Assembly (NCBI GenBank): GCA_013390375.1
Contig: JACATA010000007.1
Span: 1 to 28,412 of the forward strand
Length of the DNA stretch: 28,412 bases
From: Marine Group I thaumarchaeote
GTDB taxonomy: Archaea > Thermoproteota > Nitrososphaeria > Nitrososphaerales > Nitrosopumilaceae
Reading direction: 5' to 3'
Below are positions 6,789 to 15,510 of this stretch, one piece after another (the first letter of the stretch is position 1; every line of letters begins with the position of its first letter). The position numbers and the translations under genes are program-made. The notes beneath the pieces are model-generated. The model searched no databases, had not been told where the DNA came from, and was given only the letters and a program-made list of their open reading frames with translations.

Positions 6789-7433
6789 ATGGGTTATATA
6801 ACTAAAAATTGGCGTGAGGGTATAAATTTATCACAGAAATTTCTAGATAAAATAAAGCCACAAACTGCATTAAAAAATAGAATCAATGATGCAGAAAAAA
6901 AAATGGAATGCCAAATTTTACGTCTTGAACAGGTACATAATAAATTAAAGCAAAATCATGATTACGTTTTCAAAAAAATTGTTGATGCACAATTATCACG
7001 AAATGAATCAAGAGCAAGAACATATGCAATAGAATTACAAGAAATTAGAAAAATAAAAAATAAAATCGCTGGAGCAAAATTAGCGATGGAGCAAATTAAG
7101 CTTAGATTAGGTACTGTTTCTGAATTAGGTGATATTGTTGTTACACTAAGTCCATGTATGTCATTAATTAAAGGACTAGCTCCATCTATTTCTGGATTAT
7201 TCCCACAAATGAATGCCTCGATGCAAGATTTACCTAATATGCTTCAAGATTTACTAACTGATTCATCATTATCAGCAGAACCAATAATACCATCTTATCA
7301 AGGAAATGCAGACACAGAAGCAATACTTCAGGATGCACAAAATGTTCTTGAAGGAAGAATAAGAACCACTATGCCAGAACCACCAACTGCATCATCGGAA
7401 AATTTTTCAAAAGAAAAAGAAGCTATGATTTAG
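6789..7433 (+). CDS. cdvB: ESCRT-III (Snf7/CdvB family) paralogue
   Basis: Long helical-hairpin sequence typical of Snf7/Vps24-type proteins (...ESRARTYAIELQEIRKIKNKIAGAKLAMEQIKLRLGTVSELGDIV...). Track starts at TTG 6783; ATG at 6789 preferred. Confidence 0.7.
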   Translation: MGYITKNWREGINLSQKFLDKIKPQTALKNRINDAEKKMECQILRLEQVHNKLKQNHDYVFKKIVDAQLSRNESRARTYAIELQEIRKIKNKIAGAKLAMEQIKLRLGTVSELGDIVVTLSPCMSLIKGLAPSISGLFPQMNASMQDLPNMLQDLLTDSSLSAEPIIPSYQGNADTEAILQDAQNVLEGRIRTTMPEPPTASSENFSKEKEAMI

Positions 7434-7767
7434 ATTTTTTTTTACTAATCTGAATAAGTAATTTTTTAATTCGAGAAATTGTTGGATAACTATAACCTCT
7501 TCTACGGTAATTGGCAATCATCATTTTCCAGTTTTTTAATCTCCATTGAGCCTGTTCGACAGTAACAGAATGAATTTCCTTTTGTAAAATACTTTTCCTA
7601 CCAACTTTTAGTACACCAGCATCTTTAGCAACCCAACGATTATTTGCAAATTTTAAACCAAATAATATTTCAGATAGTGGAATTTCCTTGAAGTAATTTT
7701 TTAGTTTTTTAATCTGAAGATCAGTAGGTGTTTCAGAAAATTTCAAATTAATTTCAAATTCATCCAT
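7423..7767 (-). CDS. hypothetical protein, 114 aa, basic C-terminus
   Basis: ORF track. No domain recognised. Its 3' end overlaps the 3' end of the cdvB-like gene by 11 nt (convergent). Confidence 0.6.
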   Translation of the reverse strand: MDEFEINLKFSETPTDLQIKKLKNYFKEIPLSEILFGLKFANNRWVAKDAGVLKVGRKSILQKEIHSVTVEQAQWRLKNWKMMIANYRRRGYSYPTISRIKKLLIQISKKKSKS

Positions 7768-7841
7768 AATAAATAATCAATATTATTTATTAAAAAGTGT
7801 TAAATCATAAATTTACGGTCTAATATCAAATCAGTACTAAT

Positions 7842-7955
7842 TCAACAATCTAACCTAAGAGGACCATTACAAATTATATTAATAACAGTTGGAATAAAAA
7901 ATGCAGATATAAAAACAGCAAGTAAGATAACAACAATTTTTTGAATAACTCGCAT
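7842..7955 (-). CDS. hypothetical membrane micro-protein, 37 aa (MRVIQKIVVILLAVFISAFFIPTVINIICNGPLRLDC)
   Basis: Hand-translated ATG..TGA ORF in an otherwise empty 300-nt intergenic region. Contains one hydrophobic helix. Confidence 0.3.
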   Translation of the reverse strand: MRVIQKIVVILLAVFISAFFIPTVINIICNGPLRLDC

Positions 7956-8068
7956 AAAAAATTTATAATATGACTAAACCAATATTTGTTCCTATTATTA
8001 ATTCAACTAGGTAATTTTCATTATAGTATGTTATTCTAGCATCGAAAGATGAATAATTTTCAATCGAT

Positions 8069-8371
8069 TTAAGCATTGCAACATGGTAATTCACCATGTT
8101 CTTTCTTATAATCTTCTAAAAGCTGTCTTGCTCGTTCTTTTGGATTTTCAATAAATAATCTTTGATATGTATGAGTTTTTTGTTTACATTCATCATTCCC
8201 AAAGTCTGTATCAACATACTTTTCAAATTCTTTCTGAAGACTATCACTTTCCCCAATGTATAACGCATTTAGCTTTTTATCATAAAGAACATAAACTCCA
8301 GGCTTATTTTTTACAAATCTTGCACTTTCAAGCCACAGGAGAATCTTTCCTTCAAGGATTTCCATGTTCAT
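8069..8371 (-). CDS. small GIY-YIG-like domain protein
   Basis: GVYVLYDKKLNALYIGES reproduces the GIY-(10 aa)-YIG spacing. A later E and a terminal N lie at plausible positions. Domain assignment is by eye only. Confidence 0.55.
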   Translation of the reverse strand: MNMEILEGKILLWLESARFVKNKPGVYVLYDKKLNALYIGESDSLQKEFEKYVDTDFGNDECKQKTHTYQRLFIENPKERARQLLEDYKKEHGELPCCNA

Positions 8372-8557
8372 TTTTATTCATATTAATAATATTAAGCTAA
8401 AGCTAGAAAAGTGAAAATATGAACAGGAAGTAATCGATCAGTTACCATTTTTGTTAGAATGTTAAACAAGTTTACTCATGAAATTGTTTGTTGAATTAAC
8501 ATTTTCCGGTAAAGTGCTAAACTTAAATTAAACTTTCCAAGTTTCTGAATTAAATTG

Positions 8558-9292
8558 ATGCCAACACAACAAGGTTATGATCGAGCAATTACTGTTTTTT
8601 CACCAGATGGAAGATTGTATCAAGTTGAATATGCTATTGAAACGGTAAAAAGAGGCACAATCGCTCTTGGTATTAAAACAAAATATGGCATTATATTTGC
8701 AGCAGACGAAAGACCAAGAAAATTGCAGGTTGTTGATGAACCACAAAAATTATTCAAGATTGATCAACATATTGGGATTGCAGCAGCAGGTTATATTCCA
8801 GATGCACGTAGACAAGTAGATGATGCAAGATTTTTTTCACAGAGTAGCAAGATAGTTTATGATGAATCAGTAAGTGTTGAAACTGTTACAAAACATATAG
8901 CTGATCAATGTCAACAATACACTCAATATGCTGGTGCTAGACCAATTGGTGTATCATTAATTATTGGAGGTGTAGATCAAAATGGAAATTCGTTATTTTT
9001 AACTGATCCCAGTGGAACATATATTCCTTATAACGCAGTTGCAATTGGTGCAGATTCGGATAGAGTCACAGAATTTTTAAAGAAACACTACAAACCAGAA
9101 ATGACATTAGAAGAATCTAAAATGTTAGCCATATCATCAATTAATATGGTAAGTAATGATGCAAAAGGTTCTGAGCACATTAAAATCTCTCAAATTGAAT
9201 CTGATACTAAACAATTTGAGATTGTAGATAAAAATCAGATTACAAAATTGTTGCAATCTGCAACAGAAAAATATCCGGCTGAAGAAAAATAA
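8558..9292 (+). CDS. psmA: proteasome subunit alpha
   Basis: YDRAITVFSPDGRLYQVEYA signature at the N-terminus. Track starts at TTG 8555; the adjacent ATG at 8558 is preferred. Confidence 0.93.
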   Translation: MPTQQGYDRAITVFSPDGRLYQVEYAIETVKRGTIALGIKTKYGIIFAADERPRKLQVVDEPQKLFKIDQHIGIAAAGYIPDARRQVDDARFFSQSSKIVYDESVSVETVTKHIADQCQQYTQYAGARPIGVSLIIGGVDQNGNSLFLTDPSGTYIPYNAVAIGADSDRVTEFLKKHYKPEMTLEESKMLAISSINMVSNDAKGSEHIKISQIESDTKQFEIVDKNQITKLLQSATEKYPAEEK

Positions 9293-9329
9293 TCATCATA
9301 GTTTTATAATTATGGAACAACGTTAGTTA

Positions 9330-10154
9330 TTGAATTTATCAATTGCGATACCTGATTCATCATTAGCAGATGAATCAACCATTTTGTATAAGACCAAAAA
9401 AATATCCATGATTGCAAGAGCATGTGCAATTTTTAAAATAAATCAGATTTTTATTTATCAAGATGGAAAACAGAATAAAAATGATTTAGCGCTTTTATCA
9501 ACATCATTAAAATATTTAGAAACGCCACAATATTTTCGTAAGGATATATTTCCAAAAACACAATTACTGAAATATGCTGGCGCACTACAACCATTGAATA
9601 TTTCTAGTCATTTAACGACATCAGATCAAAAGATGATAAAAATTGGTGACACACGTGATGCACTAATTATAAACTACAAAGGAAAAAAATTTCTGGACAT
9701 TGGAATAAACAAACTCATTCAATATTTTGGAAAAATGAAATCTGGTACAAGAATTGCTATACAAATTAAAACTATACAGCCAGAACTCACTGTTAAAGAG
9801 ATTTCAAGAAAGGATATCAAAGATTATTGGGGATACAGTGTAAAAGAAAGGGCCAATTTACTTTCTATTTTATCAACATGGAAAGGCAAAATAATCCTAA
9901 CTTCAAAAAAAGGAAAAAATTTTACTATATTAGACGCAAAAAAAATGACTGAACCAGATGAACCCATACTTATTGTGTTTGGAACGACGAATAAGGGAAT
10001 TTATGACATTTTGGGTACTGACATTAAGAAAATCCAAAATGCAAAGATCTTTAACTTTTTCCCGAATCAGGCAACACAAACTGTACGCCTTGAAGAAGCA
10101 ATACTAGGAATATTATCAATAATTAACATCCATAATTATAATTATATTAAATAA
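9330..10154 (+). CDS. putative RNA methyltransferase, SPOUT superfamily (DUF171/COG2106-like)
   Basis: N-terminal LSIAIPDSSLADESTILYKTKKISMIARACAIFKINQIFIY and YLETPQYFRK motifs are typical of this family. TTG start. Confidence 0.7.
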   Translation: MNLSIAIPDSSLADESTILYKTKKISMIARACAIFKINQIFIYQDGKQNKNDLALLSTSLKYLETPQYFRKDIFPKTQLLKYAGALQPLNISSHLTTSDQKMIKIGDTRDALIINYKGKKFLDIGINKLIQYFGKMKSGTRIAIQIKTIQPELTVKEISRKDIKDYWGYSVKERANLLSILSTWKGKIILTSKKGKNFTILDAKKMTEPDEPILIVFGTTNKGIYDILGTDIKKIQNAKIFNFFPNQATQTVRLEEAILGILSIINIHNYNYIK

Positions 10155-10170
10155 TAAATCATCTAAAGTA

Positions 10171-10281
10171 ATGGTTATAAAAAAAAATTTTTTGTTATTA
10201 GCAATAGCTGTTGGATTTGTTGGGCTTGCTTTAGGAGGTTACACAATGTTTTTGTCAATTAATGATATCATTAAACCATAA
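10171..10281 (+). CDS. hypothetical membrane micro-protein, 36 aa (MVIKKNFLLLAIAVGFVGLALGGYTMFLSINDIIKP)
   Basis: Hand-translated ATG..TAA ORF between the SPOUT gene and rpl3. Contains one hydrophobic helix. Confidence 0.3.
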   Translation: MVIKKNFLLLAIAVGFVGLALGGYTMFLSINDIIKP

Positions 10282-10323
10282 GATCTATTACGGTAAAACA
10301 AAAAAGAATTAAAATTTTAGTAG

Positions 10324-10332
10324 ATATATAAT
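10324..10332 (+). promoter_or_regulatory. TATA-box-like element upstream of the r-protein cluster
   Basis: ATATATAAT is centred about 31 nt upstream of the rpl3 ATG, consistent with an archaeal promoter giving a very short leader. Confidence 0.4.
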
Positions 10333-10358
10333 GGGGTTAGCGACTTTTTTCGTTTGTC

Positions 10359-11351
10359 ATGGGTCATCGAAGACATAGTGCACCGCGTAGAGGTAGTCTT
10401 GCATACCTTCCTAGGGGTAGAGCTAAAAGTATGGAAGCTCGAATAAGAGCATGGCCTAAAGTTAACTCAGATGAACCAAAATTATTGGCACATGCAGGAT
10501 TCAAAGCAGGTTGTGTACAGATAGTAAATATTGACGATCGTGAAAAAACACCTAATCATGGAAAGCAGCTTGTTAGCCTTGGTACAGTGATTGTGACACC
10601 GCCTATTCTTATTGCTGGAATTAGAGGATATTCAAAAGATCCAGATGGTAAACATGCACAATTTGATTTGTATGCTGATAATTTACCAAAAAATGTTTCA
10701 CAATTTTTGAAATCTAAAAATAAAGAAGAGTTGTTAGAATATTCAGAAAAAGCATTTAAAAAAATTAAAGAGATTTATGCTATAATTGCTGTTATGCCTC
10801 AAAATGCTGGTTTAGAACAAAAAAAACCATATGTTTTTGAAGCATCTGTAAAAGGTGGAGATGTTAAAAAACAATTTACATTTGTAAAAGAACTTTTAGG
10901 TAAAGAAGTAAAAATTGATCAAGTTTTTGAAGCTGGTACTACTGTTGATACGGCTGCAATTACTAAGGGTAAAGGCTGGGAAGGTCCTATTACAAGATGG
11001 GGAGTAAAAAGAAAACAGCATAAATCAAGAAAAAGTGTTAGAGAAGTAGGTTCTCTTGGTCCCATATCACCACAATATGTAATGTATACTGTACCAAGAG
11101 CAGGTCAACGTGGTCTTCATCAAAGAACAGAGTATGACAAAAGAATTATGGTTATGGATAATACTGAAAATATAAAATACAGAATAAACCCAAAAGGTGG
11201 CTTCAAACACTTTGGAAATGTTAATGGAGATTTTATTATATTACGTGGGTCTGTACCTGGAACCTATAATCGATTAATTAAATTAAGATCACAAATGCGA
11301 AACATACCCAAAAAGATAACCAAACCAAATATTTTAGAGGTAGTTGTGTAA
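10359..11351 (+). CDS. rpl3: 50S ribosomal protein L3
   Basis: MGHRRHSAPRRGSLAYLPRGRA N-terminus is typical of archaeal L3. First gene of the cluster. Confidence 0.95.
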   Translation: MGHRRHSAPRRGSLAYLPRGRAKSMEARIRAWPKVNSDEPKLLAHAGFKAGCVQIVNIDDREKTPNHGKQLVSLGTVIVTPPILIAGIRGYSKDPDGKHAQFDLYADNLPKNVSQFLKSKNKEELLEYSEKAFKKIKEIYAIIAVMPQNAGLEQKKPYVFEASVKGGDVKKQFTFVKELLGKEVKIDQVFEAGTTVDTAAITKGKGWEGPITRWGVKRKQHKSRKSVREVGSLGPISPQYVMYTVPRAGQRGLHQRTEYDKRIMVMDNTENIKYRINPKGGFKHFGNVNGDFIILRGSVPGTYNRLIKLRSQMRNIPKKITKPNILEVVV

Positions 11352-12163
11352 TGAAAGTTTCAACATTTACTATAAATGGAACAAAAGAAAATGAGATAGA
11401 ATTGCCATTAGTGTTTTCAACTTCATTTAGAAAAGATTTGATCAGTAATGCATTTACCAATCTAACTTCACACAAATTTCAACCGCAAGGAAGGCATCCA
11501 ACTGCTGGAATGGATGTTGTTGCAAGATCGAATGACCCACCGACTGGCCAAGGAGTATCAAGAATTGCTAAGATGCGTGGTGGTGGAGGTGGACGTCAGG
11601 GTCAAGCAGGTGGAGTAGCCTCAGTAAGAGGCGGAAGACAAGCGCATCCACCTAAAGTTCAAAAAGTAATTTTTAAAAAATTAAACAAAAAAGAAAACAA
11701 GCTTGCATTATGTTCAGCTATTGCTGCTACACAATCAAAAGAAATTATTGAATCAAGAGGACACAAAGTTGAAAAACTAAAAACATTTCCTATTGTTATA
11801 TCAGACGATATAGAATCTGTTACAAAAACTAAAGAAGTGATAAAAATATTGGATTCATTAAATTTAATGCAAGATGTTGATAGATTAAAATCACGAAGAG
11901 CTAGGACAGGAAAATCATCACTGCGAGGAAGAGGTACAAAAATTGGTAAAAGTGTGTTGTTTGTTGTATCAAACTCAAAAAAACTATCAAATGCTTGTGG
12001 TGCAATTCCTGGAGTAGAAGCCCGAGCAGCTAAAGATTTGAGTGTATTAGATCTAGCACCTGGTGGAGTACCAATTAGATTAGTTGTATACTCAAAAAGT
12101 GCATTAAAAGAAATTGAAAAAATAAAGTCGCCTCATTTAGAATTATTGGTGAGTGTTATATGA
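11351..12163 (+). CDS. rpl4: 50S ribosomal protein L4 (L1e)
   Basis: Gly-rich loop RGGGGGRQGQAGGVASVRGGRQAHPPK. 1-nt overlap with the rpl3 stop. Confidence 0.93.
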   Translation: MKVSTFTINGTKENEIELPLVFSTSFRKDLISNAFTNLTSHKFQPQGRHPTAGMDVVARSNDPPTGQGVSRIAKMRGGGGGRQGQAGGVASVRGGRQAHPPKVQKVIFKKLNKKENKLALCSAIAATQSKEIIESRGHKVEKLKTFPIVISDDIESVTKTKEVIKILDSLNLMQDVDRLKSRRARTGKSSLRGRGTKIGKSVLFVVSNSKKLSNACGAIPGVEARAAKDLSVLDLAPGGVPIRLVVYSKSALKEIEKIKSPHLELLVSVI

Positions 12164-12426
12164 GAGTAGAACTTGCAAGCAAAATTATTCTAAATCCTTA
12201 CATTACGGAAAAAACATTTGAATTAGTAGAAACTGAGAAAAAAATTTGCTTCATTGTAGAAAAAACAGCATCAAAATCGACAATAAAGGATGCAATAAAT
12301 ACTCTTTATGAACAAAAAGCTGTAACAGTTAATACCGCAAGAACAATCTATGGTAAAAAAGCATTTGTAGAATTTGAATCTGTTGATATAGCAAGAAACT
12401 TGGCAACTAAAATAGGAATGCTATAA
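12160..12426 (+). CDS. rpl23: 50S ribosomal protein L23
   Basis: LNPYITEKTFELVE... and position after L4. ATGA overlap with rpl4. Confidence 0.9.
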   Translation: MRVELASKIILNPYITEKTFELVETEKKICFIVEKTASKSTIKDAINTLYEQKAVTVNTARTIYGKKAFVEFESVDIARNLATKIGML

Positions 12427-12469
12427 TATGAACCAACAAATGTCTTTAACGGAACAATGGTGAAAATAG

Positions 12470-12865
12470 TTGGTTAAACAATTTACATACCGTGGATTAT
12501 CACAAAAGGAATTAGAAGAATTACCTTTAGAAAAATTGCTTAAATTATTTCCTGCACGAGCTAGAAGATCATTAACCAGAGGAATAAACGATGGTAAAAG
12601 AAAATTAATTGAAGAAATTAAGGCTACAAAAGCAGGCAAACTAAAGACTGTGATTAACACACATCTTCGTGATTTACTTGTTTTACCATATATGGTAGGA
12701 GTAACTCTAAATGTTTATTCAGGTAAGGAATTTGTTCCTGTAACTATAACTACAGAAATGGTTAGCCATTATTTGGGAGAATATGTAATTACAAATAAAC
12801 GTGTAAGTCATGGTGCTCCAGGAGTAGGATCATCAAGATCTAGCTTGTATGTACCATTAAAGTGA
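12470..12865 (+). CDS. rps19: 30S ribosomal protein S19
   Basis: FTYRGLS...ARARRSLTRG...HGAPGVG motifs. TTG start is forced by the in-frame TAG at 12467..12469 and the lack of an early ATG. Confidence 0.92.
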   Translation: MVKQFTYRGLSQKELEELPLEKLLKLFPARARRSLTRGINDGKRKLIEEIKATKAGKLKTVINTHLRDLLVLPYMVGVTLNVYSGKEFVPVTITTEMVSHYLGEYVITNKRVSHGAPGVGSSRSSLYVPLK

Positions 12866-13329
12866 GAAATATGCCCAAACGTTATTTTGCATTTCAAAAT
12901 TTTGATGCGACTAAACATGTTCGTGCTGCAATAAGAGAAAAAACAATTTCTCACAAGCATGCTAGAGAAATAGCTGTTGCCATGAAAGGACTCACACTTG
13001 AAAAGGCTAGGGACTATCTACTCGATGTAACAAATTTCAAACGAAGTATTCCGTTTAGAAGATATAAGAACCAAGTGGGACACAAGTCTGACCCTGGAAC
13101 AATGTCAGGCAGATACCCACAAAAAGCTGCAACTGAAATTTTAAAATTATTAGATAATCTAGAATCAAATGCAGAATACAAAGGAATGGATTTGGATAGA
13201 CTTAAAATAATCAATACAACAGTGCATAAAGGCAGACTGCTTAAACGATTTATACCACGTGCAATGGGTAGATCCTCAGCTAAAAATGATGCAATGGTTC
13301 ATGTAGAAATTGTTGCACAAGAGGCATAA
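12862..13329 (+). CDS. rpl22: 50S ribosomal protein L22
   Basis: ISHKHAREIAVAMKGLTLEKARDYL motif and conserved position. Confidence 0.92.
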   Translation: MRNMPKRYFAFQNFDATKHVRAAIREKTISHKHAREIAVAMKGLTLEKARDYLLDVTNFKRSIPFRRYKNQVGHKSDPGTMSGRYPQKAATEILKLLDNLESNAEYKGMDLDRLKIINTTVHKGRLLKRFIPRAMGRSSAKNDAMVHVEIVAQEA

Positions 13330-13332
13330 CAA

Positions 13333-14064
13333 ATGGCACAACTAAAAAATGTAATCAAAGATAATTATAATATGATGCTTCTTAACGATTTTCTTCGAAA
13401 AGAAATTAAAGAGTCTGGATTCCATAAAGTAGAAGTTTCAAAAACTCCTACTGGAACAAAAATTACGCTTTATGTTACTAGACCGGGAATTGTTATAGGC
13501 AGAAAGGGTGTAGGCATTAAACAACTAACAGAAAAAGTTGAAACAGACTTTGGATTCAAAAATCCTCAAATTTCAGTTGAAGAGGTTCCAAAAGCAGAAT
13601 TATCACCCAGTGTGATGTGCAACAGATTGGCAGCACATATTGAACGTGGAACAGCATTTAGAAGAGCAACTATGTGGACACTGAACCAAATAATGGAAGC
13701 TGGTGCAATGGGTGTTCAAATAACAATCTCAGGAAAATTACGTGGTGATCGTTCTGCTTTTGAAAAACACACGCAAGGTATTCTTCCAAGAGCTGGTAAC
13801 TATGCAAAAGACATAGTCTCTGAGGATGTTACTCACGTGAGGGTGGCGATGGGATTAATTGGAATCAAAATTAGAATTGCAAGTAAAGAAAAAGTAGTTC
13901 CTGAATTTGAACTTAAGGGATTACCAGAACATAAACTAAAAACTGAAGATGAAAAAATTAAACAAGAAATAATTGCAAAAACTGAATCAGAGCAAATAAA
14001 AATTGAAGGAGAAAAAATGAAAACGCTTGTAACTTTAGAAGAAGAAGAACAGGAGCTAAAATAA
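13333..14064 (+). CDS. rps3: 30S ribosomal protein S3
   Basis: KH-domain region ([20 protein letters not shown]) and conserved position. Carries a K/E-rich C-terminal tail. Confidence 0.93.
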   Translation: MAQLKNVIKDNYNMMLLNDFLRKEIKESGFHKVEVSKTPTGTKITLYVTRPGIVIGRKGVGIKQLTEKVETDFGFKNPQISVEEVPKAELSPSVMCNRLAAHIERGTAFRRATMWTLNQIMEAGAMGVQITISGKLRGDRSAFEKHTQGILPRAGNYAKDIVSEDVTHVRVAMGLIGIKIRIASKEKVVPEFELKGLPEHKLKTEDEKIKQEIIAKTESEQIKIEGEKMKTLVTLEEEEQELK

Positions 14065-14267
14065 TGGCACATTTAAAAAATAAAACAATTAGAGAGTTTA
14101 ATGAAAAAGATCTGCGAGATAGACTAAGGCAAACTCGTACTGATCTTTTTAAGCTTAATGTTGAATCAAAAAAAGGCACATTACGGAAAGAAAGTGGAAA
14201 GCTTAAACCACTTCGAAAAGATATTGCAAGAATGCTGACTAGAATAAATGAATTGAAAAAGAAATGA
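14064..14267 (+). CDS. rpl29: 50S ribosomal protein L29
   Basis: Small helical protein (LRDRLRQTRTDLFKLNVESKKG) at the L29 position. Confidence 0.9.
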   Translation: MAHLKNKTIREFNEKDLRDRLRQTRTDLFKLNVESKKGTLRKESGKLKPLRKDIARMLTRINELKKK

Positions 14268-14593
14268 CAAGAAATATCGGATTACCAGTAATTGAACCAA
14301 AGGAAAAACCAGTTAAAAATGAAAACAATAATCCATTTAATGGTTCTTTGACAATACGTGGTAAGCTATTTGAAGGGATTGTTATCAATGCAAAAGCAAA
14401 AGGAACTGCTGTTATTCAAAAGGAATCACCAGTTTATTTCAAGAAATTTAAAAGATTTGGACGAAGTAAAAATACGATTCATGCTCATATTCCTTCCAAC
14501 TTGAATGTACAGAAAGGAGATTACGTTGTAGCTGCTGAATGTCGACCAATCTCAAAATCAGTTTCCTTTGTTATAGTTGAGGTCAAATCATAA
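14264..14593 (+). CDS. rps17: 30S ribosomal protein S17
   Basis: OB-fold S17-like sequence (GDYVVAAECRPISKSVSFVIVEV). Directly follows L29. Confidence 0.9.
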   Translation: MTRNIGLPVIEPKEKPVKNENNNPFNGSLTIRGKLFEGIVINAKAKGTAVIQKESPVYFKKFKRFGRSKNTIHAHIPSNLNVQKGDYVVAAECRPISKSVSFVIVEVKS

Positions 14594-15030
14594 TGTCACA
14601 AGGAAGAAGTCGTGGAAAAGCTTCCAAGGGAGTTATAGAATTTCGACCACGTGTAACCAGAGTTCTTCCAGTGGGCGCACAGATTGTATGTGCTGATAAT
14701 TCTGGGGCTAAAATACTAGAAATTATTAACGTTCACAAGTACCACACAAGGTTATCAAGATTACCAGCTGCTGCAGTTGGTGACTTCTGTAATGTAGTTG
14801 TAAAAAAAGGCCCAGCTGAGTTAAGAAAGCAAGTGCATGGTGCAGTTATTATTAGACAAAAATACGCAATCAGAAGATTGAACGGAGTAAGAGTATCATT
14901 CGAAGATAATGCAGCTGTCATAATTACACCTGAAGGCGAACTTAAAGGAACTGACATTAAAGGACCAGTAGCTGTAGAAGCATCTGAAAAATGGCCAAGA
15001 ATAGCTAATCTGGCATCAATGGTGGTCTAG
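14593..15030 (+). CDS. rpl14: 50S ribosomal protein L14
   Basis: LPVGAQIVCADNSGAK motif. Confidence 0.95.
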   Translation: MSQGRSRGKASKGVIEFRPRVTRVLPVGAQIVCADNSGAKILEIINVHKYHTRLSRLPAAAVGDFCNVVVKKGPAELRKQVHGAVIIRQKYAIRRLNGVRVSFEDNAAVIITPEGELKGTDIKGPVAVEASEKWPRIANLASMVV

Positions 15031-15510
15031 ATGAAACCAACTAAAAGTAGAAATCACCAAACTTATCGAGCTATGAACCAAGTTGTAAATAAACAAATTT
15101 GTGCTCCAATATCAAAAGAACTCCGTAAAAAATATTCTCGACGTAGTATTCGAATTATGCCTGATGATATAGTCAAAGTTGTACGTGGAGAATACAAGGG
15201 TCTTACTGGTAAAGTTACTAAAATCTCAATGCAAAGTAGTGGTGTTGCTATAGAAGGCAATAAAAAAGAAAAATTAAAAGGTGAAAAAATTGATGTTTAT
15301 ATTCATTCTACAAATATGATTATCACATCATTAAATACCGATGATAAATGGCGTCTCAAAATATTAGAAAAAAAGCCAAAATCAAAAATTAAATCTATGA
15401 AAGAAGAAGCTAAAAAGAAAAGTGAAGTTAAATCAACAGCTAAAAAGAAAAGTGAAGTTAAATCAACAGCTAAAAAGAAAGATGACAACAAAAAGAGTGA
15501 GAAAAAATAA
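15031..15510 (+). CDS. rpl24: 50S ribosomal protein L24 with Lys-rich C-terminal extension
   Basis: KOW region (IVKVVRGEYKGLTGKVTKI). The C-terminal ~35 aa are a K/S/E-rich tail containing a duplicated decapeptide. Confidence 0.92.
   Translation: MKPTKSRNHQTYRAMNQVVNKQICAPISKELRKKYSRRSIRIMPDDIVKVVRGEYKGLTGKVTKISMQSSGVAIEGNKKEKLKGEKIDVYIHSTNMIITSLNTDDKWRLKILEKKPKSKIKSMKEEAKKKSEVKSTAKKKSEVKSTAKKKDDNKKSEKK
15409..15480 (+). repeat. perfect 30-nt tandem repeat, about 2.4 copies, inside the rpl24 3' end
   Basis: gctaaaaagaaaagtgaagttaaatcaaca occurs at 15409..15438 and 15439..15468, followed by 12 more matching nt. In frame; encodes AKKKSEVKST twice. Confidence 0.95.

Noticed and set aside
12428-12463. 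11-codon mini-ORF (MNQQMSLTEQW*) in the L23-S19 spacer
   Set aside because: It is too short and has no supporting feature. It is probably a chance ORF in the spacer left where L2 is absent.
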